Source: a virus. From it: 64,000 bases of DNA. This document shows, piece by piece, positions 18,983 to 28,026 of this stretch (the stretch's first letter is position 1; every line of letters starts with the position of its first letter). A program made the position numbers and the translations under genes. Under the pieces are notes generated by a model. It was given only the letters and a program-made list of their open reading frames with translations. It ran no database searches and had not been told where the DNA came from. The stretch lies in the IMG/VR virus record IMGVR_UViG_3300025872_000037, positions 32,001-96,000 of that record; one strand, given 5' to 3'.

Positions 18983-20209
18983 TTAGACCTTTCCAAATTT
19001 CTTGACCTTGAGTAGATTCGACCTGGCAAACTCTGCGCGATTGACCAGCTTTGTCGGCTCGGTCTGCCCCTTGAACTTATGGTTCACCACGAATCCCTCT
19101 GGCTTTGAGCGGGTGTCACCGATGTGGTGGGTGAGTCCACCCTCATGCTTCTCGAGGTTCTTCACCAGAACGTTCTTGGCCTGTTGAAGGTGATGGTGCA
19201 TGCTCAGGAGATTATTGTAGTGCCCCTCGTTCTTCTTGATGTGCTCGATGTGACCGGCACCCTCTGCACGCTTCTTCTCCTGGTTGGCCGGAGTCTTGAG
19301 CTTGCTGGCCTGTCTCTCGTAGTGGCCTGCGATGTGTTGCTGAAGACCCTGAGCCGTTGGCTTCTCTCCGGTACGAACGGTATGGTTGATGTACGTGCTC
19401 AGGTGACTGAAGTCTCCCTGATGCTTGGCGGTTGCCTTGTACATTGCTGACCCATGGTTGTCGTGGATCTTCTTGGCCGCAGCCATGTGCTGGTGAAAGG
19501 CGACCTGATCCTTGTGGGGATATTCGACCTTCGAGGTGTCGTGCTCGGCGGTCTTGAAATGAACGTCTGGGTGAGAGCCAAAACTCTTCGTGTCCGGATG
19601 AGGACTCACCGACATGTGCTCGACACCCTTCTTCGTAGGATGTGGCTTGTACTGCTGGTGAACGACGACACCGATCTTTGACTTCTTCACCTTCTCGGCC
19701 TCGGCACCATGAGCGGTGTAGGTGATCGTGTTCGGAGTGAAAGAGACCGATCCGTCCTTGTTGTGCTTGTGATCCTCTGCGGTGTGCATCACGTCTCCCT
19801 GGTAGACTCCAGTCTTTGGTGCAACCTTTGGCAGGTGATGGAGAGCCGACTTCAGTTTGCTGACCAGACCAGGAGCGTGTCCATGGTTCTTCTCGATGTC
19901 GGCGTTGCTGTAATTGATCTTCGGATTCTTGTTGAATGCCGACTTGGTCGCCACAAAGAACTTCTTCGTCTCCGGATGGTGACCGAAGACCAGAGACGGG
20001 GATCCGTCGTACTTCATGGTCAGATCGCTGCTGTGCTTTCCGGCCTTCATGTGCTCGTGAGCCTGAGTGAGGGCGCCGTGGGCATGTTCGAAACCAGCAG
20101 ATCCATGCAAGATCGGACGGTCCTCTGGGTGATGGATGTGTGTCAGCTGTTGCGGATTCGATGCCTCAAGCAGCTCTGTAAATTCAGAAAAGGGTACGAT
20201 CGTGGCCAT
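18983..20209 (-). CDS. DUF6267-like protein with KxDG ligase/nucleotidyltransferase motif, His-rich
   Basis: KYDGSPS, FFVATKSAFNK, YQGD, FTPNTITY, EGFV, KLVNR. Confidence 0.75.
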   Translation of the reverse strand: MATIVPFSEFTELLEASNPQQLTHIHHPEDRPILHGSAGFEHAHGALTQAHEHMKAGKHSSDLTMKYDGSPSLVFGHHPETKKFFVATKSAFNKNPKINYSNADIEKNHGHAPGLVSKLKSALHHLPKVAPKTGVYQGDVMHTAEDHKHNKDGSVSFTPNTITYTAHGAEAEKVKKSKIGVVVHQQYKPHPTKKGVEHMSVSPHPDTKSFGSHPDVHFKTAEHDTSKVEYPHKDQVAFHQHMAAAKKIHDNHGSAMYKATAKHQGDFSHLSTYINHTVRTGEKPTAQGLQQHIAGHYERQASKLKTPANQEKKRAEGAGHIEHIKKNEGHYNNLLSMHHHLQQAKNVLVKNLEKHEGGLTHHIGDTRSKPEGFVVNHKFKGQTEPTKLVNRAEFARSNLLKVKKFGKV

Positions 20210-20215
20210 TCCCCA

Positions 20216-20223
20216 TATTTATA
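20216..20223 (-). promoter_or_regulatory. T4-type late promoter
   Basis: TATAAATA on the minus strand, 6 nt upstream of the 20209 ATG. Confidence 0.75.
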
Positions 20224-20237
20224 CTATGGAAATGCCT

Positions 20238-20270
20238 AAAAGAAAACGGGGCGGATTTTGCCCGCCCCGT
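20238..20270 (-). terminator. intrinsic terminator of the lipoprotein gene
   Basis: ACGGGGCGG/CCGCCCCGT stem with T-tract on the minus strand. Confidence 0.7.
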
Positions 20271-20300
20271 GTTAAGGTAAAAGCTTTTACCCTGTGAGGG

Positions 20301-20618
20301 TTATTTGGCCGGAGCTGCAGGGGCCGGTGCAACGATGTCCGAGACACCCTTGACCATTCCACCGACGAGATCCAAACCTCCGCCAACGATTGCTCCGCCG
20401 CCGGAGACGACCTTACCGGCCGCATTGGAAGCAACGCCGAGAGAACGACCGACATCGGCCGCACCATTACCGACGACGTTACCAACGCCACCGATGGCTG
20501 CCTGTCCCATTCCCTTGGCTGAGTTATAGGTAGCATCGACTGTACCGCATCCGGACAGGAGTGCAATGGCCGAAGCAAGAAGAACTGAGGTGAGTTTGAT
20601 GTTTTTCATACGGAGCAT
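20301..20618 (-). CDS. small Gly-rich lipoprotein
   Basis: Signal peptide with lipobox LLSGC; Gly/Val-rich glycine-zipper-like body. Confidence 0.75.
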   Translation of the reverse strand: MLRMKNIKLTSVLLASAIALLSGCGTVDATYNSAKGMGQAAIGGVGNVVGNGAADVGRSLGVASNAAGKVVSGGGAIVGGGLDLVGGMVKGVSDIVAPAPAAPAK

Positions 20619-20639
20619 ATTTATCCAAAACGGTTCCTC

Positions 20640-20647
20640 TATAAATA
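20640..20647 (+). promoter_or_regulatory. T4-type late promoter
   Basis: TATAAATA upstream of the 20708 operon. Confidence 0.7.
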
Positions 20648-20707
20648 GATTTCTATATCACTCCTTGCAAAATCGTTTGCATCGAAAATGGGAAACTCGA
20701 AACAATC

Positions 20708-21043
20708 ATGCTAAGCTTCAAAGACTTTACTCCAGTACAGTATACCGGCGGTGAGACCGAAATGCAGGATCGGTACGCATTCAAGCGTCACCATGGCATC
20801 GTCGGTGAGGCAGAGGATGCCGAGAAGGCATCGACTCCTGGACCAAAGACAAAGATTTCAGTGACGCGTCCTATCGGCCACAAGATCGCCGATATCGGAC
20901 CTGGTGGAACGGAGCATAACGTCCAGACAAAGGACTGGCCAGAGCGTACCTCATCCGAGACAATCTCTAAGATTCGCGGACGTATCAAGGAGAATCGCGA
21001 GCGTCGTGCCAAGCACAAGGAGCAGAACAGCGATCGGTCATGA
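20708..21043 (+). CDS. hypothetical late protein
   Basis: MLSFKDF N-terminus like T4-type internal head proteins. Confidence 0.7.
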   Translation: MLSFKDFTPVQYTGGETEMQDRYAFKRHHGIVGEAEDAEKASTPGPKTKISVTRPIGHKIADIGPGGTEHNVQTKDWPERTSSETISKIRGRIKENRERRAKHKEQNSDRS

Positions 21044-21957
21044 TCAAATCGTTCTCTCAGTTCCTTTCTGAGGACGCTCCAAAGGAGGTCGTCTTTGCAT
21101 TTGGTCGGTTCAATCCTCCGACCGTTGCACATGAGGCCTTGCTCGAGAAGGTAGCAGATCTCGCCAAGGGCGGTCGTACCTATCGAATCTATTCTTCCAA
21201 GGTCGAGGATCCAAAGAACAATCCGCTGCCGCTGACCGAGAAGGTCAAGTTCATGCGGAAAATGTACCCCCGTCATGCCCGCAGCATCGTCTCGGATACC
21301 GACATCTCTTCTCCACTGCAGGTCTGCACGAAGCTGTACGAACAGGGATTCCGTAAGGTGACTCTGGTCGTCACCGAGAGCAATGTTGCTGAGTTCAAGG
21401 CTCTCCTGAACGGAAACAATGGCCATGAGGGTTCACATGGATTCTACTTCTTCAAGGAAGGAGTCTCGGTTGTTTCATCCGGTCTAAAGGATCCAGATTC
21501 GACCGTTCTGACCGAATCCAAAGTACACGCAGCGATCAGCGCCAATGACCTCGAGCTCTTCACGAAGAGCCTGCCAGCCGGATTCGCTGAGGCCAGAGAG
21601 CTGTTCAATGCCGTCCGTACCGGCATGGGTCTGAGAGAGACGAAGAATTTCCGCAAGCACGTACAGCTTGCACCCGTATCGGAACGCCGTGAGGCCTATG
21701 TGGCCGGCGAGCTGTTCCAGGTCGGAGACGACGTCGTTCTGAAAGAATCCAGTGAGGTCGGCAAGATCTCACATCGTGGCACGAACTACCTGATCGTCTC
21801 CATGCACGACGGCCGCAAGGTCCGTAAGTGGCTGAACGGCGTCGAGTTACTCGAGAAGAAAGCCCCTGAGGTCGTCGAGCTTGAGACAAAGATCGTCATT
21901 GAAAGAGATCCATCAATACCTGGCAAACCAATCTCAAAACTTAGAAACCTGTCCTGA
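21040..21957 (+). CDS. cytidylyltransferase-like protein with C-terminal SH3/KOW-like domain
   Basis: FGRFNPPTVAH, KNNPL; REAY..GELFQVGD tail. Confidence 0.85.
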   Translation: MIKSFSQFLSEDAPKEVVFAFGRFNPPTVAHEALLEKVADLAKGGRTYRIYSSKVEDPKNNPLPLTEKVKFMRKMYPRHARSIVSDTDISSPLQVCTKLYEQGFRKVTLVVTESNVAEFKALLNGNNGHEGSHGFYFFKEGVSVVSSGLKDPDSTVLTESKVHAAISANDLELFTKSLPAGFAEARELFNAVRTGMGLRETKNFRKHVQLAPVSERREAYVAGELFQVGDDVVLKESSEVGKISHRGTNYLIVSMHDGRKVRKWLNGVELLEKKAPEVVELETKIVIERDPSIPGKPISKLRNLS

Positions 21958-23828
21958 TGAAAAACCTGAAGAAGATCCGCGAAGAACATGGCGCCGGTGA
22001 GTGGGGAACACCCGAGCTCACCAAGAAATACCAGGACGAGACACCTGGACAGACCGTCAAGGAGGCGAAGTTCAAGGTCACGTTCATGCACAAGCACCCA
22101 GAGGGTCAGAAGCAGCATGACTATGTGGTCTCAGCTCCTCATCAAAATGCAGCCGACAAGAAGGCCATCGAGCTGCATCGCAAGGCACATCCATCCGGTG
22201 ATTTCCACATGTGGAACTCCGAGGAGCTGTACGAAGAAGGACTGAAGGACGCTTGCTGGAAAGGCTACGAGGCCATCGGAATGAAGATGAAGAATGGCCG
22301 CAAAGTTCCAAACTGCGTACCGAAGGAAGGTCATACCGAGGATGCCCAGGCCGCCCATCAGGCAGCTCATGCGGCGCTGAAGAAGGACGACATCGAGACC
22401 TACCACAAGGAGATGGACAAGAAGTTTGCTGCCCATCAGGCAGCCGAGAAGGAAGCGGCCAAGAAGCCGGTCAAGACGTTCGAGGCCACAGAATTCAAGG
22501 CCGATGAAGGCCTACTGGCACGTATCAAGAAGGACCACGAGGAACTCAAGAACAAATCCACGAAAGAAGTTCTCGCTGTTCACCAGGGACAACATCGAGT
22601 TCGTTCGAACTATACGGCAGCAGAGATCGGCGGAAAGCATGCCATGATCGGTGACATCCTTCGCAATCGCCATGGATCGAAGCACGTCGATCACTATTTC
22701 AGCCAGAAAGAAGACACCGAGGAGAAGAATCTCAAGATCACCAAACACGAGAAGATGGCCGTTGAGGCATCAAAGCGCGGTGACAAGCAGGCACAGCAAT
22801 ATCACCTGGCAATCGTCTCGAAGCTCAAGAACGAATCCGTCGCGGTGAACGAAGAGGCCGGTCAAACGCACCGGGTCGACGTTATGATGGATGATCCGAA
22901 GAAGGGCGAGATCGTTCGTGGCGTCTACCAGACCCACAAGGCAAAACTCCTGAAGAGAGTCCATGTCCAGGCAAACGATCCAAAGGACGCCGAGGCAAAG
23001 GCACACGCCCACTTCACGAAGCAAGGATTCAACGTCCATAGTGCCAAGCACCATTCGGTCGTACAGGAGAGCACAGAGATCTCCGAGGCCGCTACTGGAG
23101 ATGAAAAGACACAGAAGCACCTAGTGACCGTCACAGTGACGGATCCTCAACACTCCATGCAGACCAAGCGCAAGGAGAAGATCATGAAACGCGTGAAGGT
23201 CTCCGCAAAAGATCCGAAGGATGCCGTTGCCAAGGCCGAGGCTCACTATAAGAAGCACGGCTTCAAGGTCCATGATTCACTGCACCACTCGGTCGTTCAG
23301 GAAAGCCTGGACACTGATGAGATCGTGGATTCTACAGAAGAGCCATCCAACGACCAGCAATTACTTTCGATGGCCCGCGGTCAACTGTCAGAGATCGCTG
23401 ATATGGCCAAGGAACTTGTGGATTCTATGGATGAGACCGATGACCTCGAGCCATGGATGAACGCAAAAATAACCACGGCGTATGTCAACCTCGACGACGT
23501 CCATTCCTTCATTGCATATGGCGACGAGTATTCAACAGACAACGATTCTGAAAAAGAAAAAGGTGAGCTCGGAGAAGCAGCCGGAGAGATCGATTCGGAA
23601 GAGAAAGCGCAGATCGCCAAGATGCAAACCCTCATCCGACTCGGAATGCTCAACATCGCAGAGCTCCCCATCGCCCTCAGAGTGATGAAGAAGCTGGCAT
23701 CCGATCAGCAGATTAACATGGTAGAGGACCGAAAGATGCTGCTCAAGCTTCTCTCAGAACTTATCGAACTGGTGACGGAGGACGACACAGTCTTCCGCCG
23801 CGTCAAGATGAACGTTCAAAAGTCCTAA
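21957..23828 (+). CDS. modular His-rich putative internal head protein
   Basis: Repeated modules separated by V/L/I-x-E-[AES] sites; CWKGY...VPNCVP motif. Confidence 0.65.
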   Translation: MKNLKKIREEHGAGEWGTPELTKKYQDETPGQTVKEAKFKVTFMHKHPEGQKQHDYVVSAPHQNAADKKAIELHRKAHPSGDFHMWNSEELYEEGLKDACWKGYEAIGMKMKNGRKVPNCVPKEGHTEDAQAAHQAAHAALKKDDIETYHKEMDKKFAAHQAAEKEAAKKPVKTFEATEFKADEGLLARIKKDHEELKNKSTKEVLAVHQGQHRVRSNYTAAEIGGKHAMIGDILRNRHGSKHVDHYFSQKEDTEEKNLKITKHEKMAVEASKRGDKQAQQYHLAIVSKLKNESVAVNEEAGQTHRVDVMMDDPKKGEIVRGVYQTHKAKLLKRVHVQANDPKDAEAKAHAHFTKQGFNVHSAKHHSVVQESTEISEAATGDEKTQKHLVTVTVTDPQHSMQTKRKEKIMKRVKVSAKDPKDAVAKAEAHYKKHGFKVHDSLHHSVVQESLDTDEIVDSTEEPSNDQQLLSMARGQLSEIADMAKELVDSMDETDDLEPWMNAKITTAYVNLDDVHSFIAYGDEYSTDNDSEKEKGELGEAAGEIDSEEKAQIAKMQTLIRLGMLNIAELPIALRVMKKLASDQQINMVEDRKMLLKLLSELIELVTEDDTVFRRVKMNVQKS

Positions 23829-23832
23829 TAAC

Positions 23833-24135
23833 ATGTCATCACGGAAAGCAGAAGCAGTCGTAGATCAGCGCCTCGATCGCATCGAGTCTAAGATCGACAA
23901 GTTATCCGAGGCGATCGTCTCGATCGCGAGAGCAGAGGAGAAACTGATTCAACTTGAGAACGACAAGAAGTTCCTCATGGAACGCATGTTGAACATTGAG
24001 GAGAGAGTCGCAGATACAGAGAGAAGGACAGAGGAGCACAGTTCAGCAATTTCAATCATCCAACGTATTACCTGGATCGTGGTCTCAACAGTCGTTGCAG
24101 GCGCGGCCGGTGCATACATCCACTTCGGTAAATAA
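23833..24135 (+). CDS. coiled-coil protein with C-terminal TM helix (XhlA/holin-like)
   Basis: RLDRIESKIDKL coiled coil plus terminal hydrophobic helix. Confidence 0.6.
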   Translation: MSSRKAEAVVDQRLDRIESKIDKLSEAIVSIARAEEKLIQLENDKKFLMERMLNIEERVADTERRTEEHSSAISIIQRITWIVVSTVVAGAAGAYIHFGK

Positions 24136-24150
24136 GAAGAACCAACAATC

Positions 24151-26340
24151 ATGAAGTCAATCCTATCAGTCGCAGAGGCATACGCAAAGATGTCGGAGGA
24201 CTCCCAGAATCTGGCAGCCACCAACGCCGCACAGGCACAACAGAAGCAGGAGGATCAACCAGAGATTCCATCCTGGGTCCCTGGCAACATTCCTGGTGAA
24301 AAGAAGAAGGAATTCGCAGAGGCCGCCAAGAAGGCCTGGGAATCCGACAATACTCAGTTTGACTTCGACGGCCGTACCTACAAGATCACCGAGAAGCGTC
24401 ATGGCAATCAGGACAAGCTCGATGTCAATAACAACGGCAAGATCGACGCCGATGATCTCGCGGCTCTCCGTTCCGGTGAAAAAGAGGCAAACGAGGAACT
24501 CGTCGGAAACCAGCACAAGCTTGATGTCAACAAGAATGGAAAGATTGACGGAGATGATCTGGCTGCCCTGCGCGCCGGTAAGAAACCGACGAATGAGCAC
24601 CACTTCGAGAACGAGACGGAGACTCCTGGTCAGACCCAATATCCTGGATCTGATATGAAAGATACCAATGGAAACGGCGAGATCGACGGAGAAGACAAGG
24701 CCGAGATGCCAGACAAAGAGGAAAACGACGAAGGCCTGGAGGAGAGTGTCCGCCTGAAGAAGTCACAGGATATGCTGAAGGTCGCCCATGGCGCAATGTC
24801 CCGTGACGAGTACAAGAAGAAGTGGGCACATCTCAAGAAGCCAAAGAACAAGCTCGCTGGCCCTGGCGGTCTGTACAAGAACCTTGTCAAGGAAGGCGAA
24901 GAAAACCCAACCGACAAGCTCACTATCGACGTTCCTGCAATGATCCGCGCTCTGGAGAAATCCCGCGAGGACTTCAAGTCTGATGCCGACATCCATAATT
25001 TTGTTCAGGATCTTCTCAAGAAGAAAGACCAGGAAGTCAAGACAAATGACCTGCCAGGTGAGCCAGTCAAGGAAGCCCTGGATCCAAAAGCCGATGCAGG
25101 AGAATGGATCAGCGACTTCGTGCACAGCACGAATCCAAAGTTCGATGGTAAGTCACCAGAAAAACGCAAGGAGATGGCCCTGGCCGCTTACTACCAGGCG
25201 CGCCGTGATGCCGGCCTCAAGGAAGAGGTCATGACTGAGGCAACTGCCACGGATCTCAGCAAGAAAGCACACGCCCTCTCGGCTGCAGCAAACACAGCGA
25301 AGGATCACAAGGCCGCTGCAAATGCTCACTATAAGGCAGCCGAGGCATTACGCCGCCACACGACTGCCAATGCCGCAAAGACAGGAGCGAAGGCAGACGC
25401 TGCTCACGATGCTGCACTTAAACACGAAGAACTCGGTGACAAACACCTCGAAAAAGCTATGACAAAGAAAGAATCAACACAGATTAACGAGAACGTCGCC
25501 GGTGACGCCCGCGCGGTCGACTTGACCACAGCGGCAAATCAGGCCTCTGCTCTGGCTCACTCGACTCCATCAGAGGCTGGAGCCCTGGCGCATCACGATG
25601 CCGCCACGAAGGCGCATCAACATGCTGCCGATCACTACCGCGTCTATGCTCACCATGCCGGAGATCCTGAGCTTCGTCGCGCAGCTGAGATTCACCACAA
25701 GTTCCATACGGATATGGCTCAGCATCATACCCTGAAGGGCGTCAGCCTGAGCATGGACGACAAACCGGCAAACAACGTGAATCGTTATGCTTCCGGACAT
25801 GTTGAGGAAAGCACAGCCGTCAACGAAGCATTGGCCCATGACGAAAACATCAGCAAGAAGGCACACGACCTCTCTGCAGTAGCAAAGAAGTCAAACACTC
25901 CTAGCGATCACCTCGAGGCAATGAAGGCACACAATACTGCTCAACTTCATCATGCCAAGCTCTATCACAGCGCTGCACAAAAGAAGGATTCAGCAGCAAA
26001 GGATGTTCACGCTAAAGCATATCACGACCATAAGATGGCAGCCGATCTTCACCATGATACAGCACAATTCATTGCTGTTACAAAGGGCAGCGTCAAGGAA
26101 GGTACTGCTGCTGATGCCAAAGGCGGCCCTGAGGTCATGGACGTTGCTACCAAGAAGATGAAGGATGAGGCAGATAAGAACGTCAAGGCTGAGGAAGCAC
26201 CTTATACCAACAAGGCAGACGGATCAGAGGAAGTTACTCCTGCTGAAAAGCCAAAGGCCAATCCTTCTCCAATGCCAACTCTGACCAAGGAACAAGCACT
26301 GCGTTCTGTCGCTGATGCATACGTTGCAATGCAGAAATAA
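24151..26340 (+). CDS. modular His/Ala-rich putative internal head protein with EF-hand/dockerin-like repeats
   Basis: DVNNNGKIDADD, DVNKNGKIDGDD and DTNGNGEIDGED repeats; xxE junctions. Confidence 0.65.
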   Translation: MKSILSVAEAYAKMSEDSQNLAATNAAQAQQKQEDQPEIPSWVPGNIPGEKKKEFAEAAKKAWESDNTQFDFDGRTYKITEKRHGNQDKLDVNNNGKIDADDLAALRSGEKEANEELVGNQHKLDVNKNGKIDGDDLAALRAGKKPTNEHHFENETETPGQTQYPGSDMKDTNGNGEIDGEDKAEMPDKEENDEGLEESVRLKKSQDMLKVAHGAMSRDEYKKKWAHLKKPKNKLAGPGGLYKNLVKEGEENPTDKLTIDVPAMIRALEKSREDFKSDADIHNFVQDLLKKKDQEVKTNDLPGEPVKEALDPKADAGEWISDFVHSTNPKFDGKSPEKRKEMALAAYYQARRDAGLKEEVMTEATATDLSKKAHALSAAANTAKDHKAAANAHYKAAEALRRHTTANAAKTGAKADAAHDAALKHEELGDKHLEKAMTKKESTQINENVAGDARAVDLTTAANQASALAHSTPSEAGALAHHDAATKAHQHAADHYRVYAHHAGDPELRRAAEIHHKFHTDMAQHHTLKGVSLSMDDKPANNVNRYASGHVEESTAVNEALAHDENISKKAHDLSAVAKKSNTPSDHLEAMKAHNTAQLHHAKLYHSAAQKKDSAAKDVHAKAYHDHKMAADLHHDTAQFIAVTKGSVKEGTAADAKGGPEVMDVATKKMKDEADKNVKAEEAPYTNKADGSEEVTPAEKPKANPSPMPTLTKEQALRSVADAYVAMQK

Positions 26341-26356
26341 TTAACCACCATTCGTC

Positions 26357-26692
26357 ATGGCCTCACTATTCGATAAAATCAAACGAGCCCTAGGCTTCTA
26401 TCCTGAGGTCAACTACGGCTCATTCTACAAGATCGAGGAGAAGACAGGTGAACCTATCAAGGTCACCTATTCTCCTGCTCCAGCTCCGGTTGATCCTCCT
26501 CCAGCCCCAGAGCCAGAGATTCCAGAATCTTTGAGCTCGCAGGAGGCTGCAGTCGACACGAAGGATGATGGCATCGATCTGACGGCCATGACGAAGGCTG
26601 AACTGATTCAGTTTGGCACCGAGAGAGGCATCTCTGTCAATTCCAGGATGAAGAAGCAGGAGATCATCGACGCCATTAATTCTAAACTTTAA
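26357..26692 (+). CDS. protein with C-terminal Rho-N/HeH-like domain
   Basis: LTAMTKAEL...GI...MKKQEIIDAI. Confidence 0.7.
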   Translation: MASLFDKIKRALGFYPEVNYGSFYKIEEKTGEPIKVTYSPAPAPVDPPPAPEPEIPESLSSQEAAVDTKDDGIDLTAMTKAELIQFGTERGISVNSRMKKQEIIDAINSKL

Positions 26693-26807
26693 TGGCTAAA
26701 AAAGCAAAAAAGTTTGTGGCCTACAAGCGCAGGCCATCAGGAAAGAACAAATATAAAGCTGGCAGATTCATTTAAGTATTTCATAGCGGTACCTCATAAA
26801 TACCGCT

Positions 26808-27176
26808 ATGAAACTTTTTGATGAACTGACAGAGGATAATTTCACGCTCTTTGCAGCCAAGCACTACAGCAACCCGCAGTGCCTAGATATCGCCGAGTTC
26901 GAGGAGGATATTGCAAGATTTAAGTATGTCAAACGTCTCCTGAGACGGTATAATCAGTCAGGAGACCTGCAAGAAAGACTGATCTTAAATCACCTGATCA
27001 TCATCTCCAATGTCTTTGGAATCAGTGCAGCAAACAAGATGCTGTTCCACAAGATTGAAGAAGAGCTCTGGCCGGCACTCAAAACATTTTTAGTTTACCT
27101 CAACTATCTTCCAGAAAACGAAAAGGTTGAGATTCCACTCGACCAGAACATTGTCAAAGTCCTCAGAAGCATATGA
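26808..27176 (+). CDS. conserved T4-like myovirus protein
   Basis: LTEDNF.LFAAKHY.NPQC; ERLILNH motif. Confidence 0.8.
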   Translation: MKLFDELTEDNFTLFAAKHYSNPQCLDIAEFEEDIARFKYVKRLLRRYNQSGDLQERLILNHLIIISNVFGISAANKMLFHKIEEELWPALKTFLVYLNYLPENEKVEIPLDQNIVKVLRSI

Positions 27177-27523
27177 ACCCCCAAGTCCTTCAATCACTCG
27201 CCTCTGCCTACTCAGAGGTAACAGAGGCCTATAATCTGAGCAAGGGCCACAAGGTGTATCACGATGCAGCATCCGCTGAGTTTGCCAAGCACTACGTGAA
27301 GGGTCACAAGGGAGAACACACTCCTGGTGCACCAACAGAGAAGCACGAGAAGGACTCCGAGGAATTTCACAATACGTACAGCTCACAGCATGTCCGTACC
27401 GGTTTCGGTGGTTCCGGAACATCCGTCTACACCCATAAACAGTCCGGGGATAAGTTCCAGGTTGTCCGCCGTGCAAATGGCCAGGGATTCGACGGTACCG
27501 ACCACAACATCACAAAACTGTGA
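27173..27523 (+). CDS. hypothetical His-rich protein
   Basis: N-terminus LQSLASAYSEVTE resembles that of the 24151 ORF. Confidence 0.7.
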   Translation: MNPQVLQSLASAYSEVTEAYNLSKGHKVYHDAASAEFAKHYVKGHKGEHTPGAPTEKHEKDSEEFHNTYSSQHVRTGFGGSGTSVYTHKQSGDKFQVVRRANGQGFDGTDHNITKL

Positions 27524-27888
27524 TGAAAACGGTTCGGAAACTCCGTGAGGATGGAACTCCTGCAGGTGGAGCTCCTGGCATGTCTTCCCCGGCAAATGTT
27601 ACGGGAGATTCCCCGAACATGGCGATGCCACCATCAATGGTACCTGGGCCGGTGATTCGCCGCAAGTACCGCCAGTTTGACCTGGAACCAGAGACTTTTC
27701 GAAAGTTTGAGAAGGGAAAGATGAAGTTCGAGAGATGGTCCCGTTTCCTGGATCTCAGCAATGAGAACCATAAAGCCATCTACGATTACGCATACAGCAA
27801 TCGTGGCAGGGACCATACAATCGTCATTCGTGATAGCAACACCGGAGCACTTCGTGCGATTCGCCGCCGTCCACACAACGGCGAGTGA
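27520..27888 (+). CDS. hypothetical late protein
   Basis: MKTVRKLRED N-terminus; coupled ORF. Confidence 0.7.
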   Translation: MMKTVRKLREDGTPAGGAPGMSSPANVTGDSPNMAMPPSMVPGPVIRRKYRQFDLEPETFRKFEKGKMKFERWSRFLDLSNENHKAIYDYAYSNRGRDHTIVIRDSNTGALRAIRRRPHNGE

Positions 27889-28026
27889 ACGATGTAAAAG
27901 TGCCCAGGTATAGATAAGGTCACTGATTTTTTCAGGCCGTAAGTCACTTTACGGTTTACATCTGACGCACTGTGCAGTACAGTGTTGGTCGGCTAAATTT
28001 ATTCATTCTGCGCGTATCCTACCACT

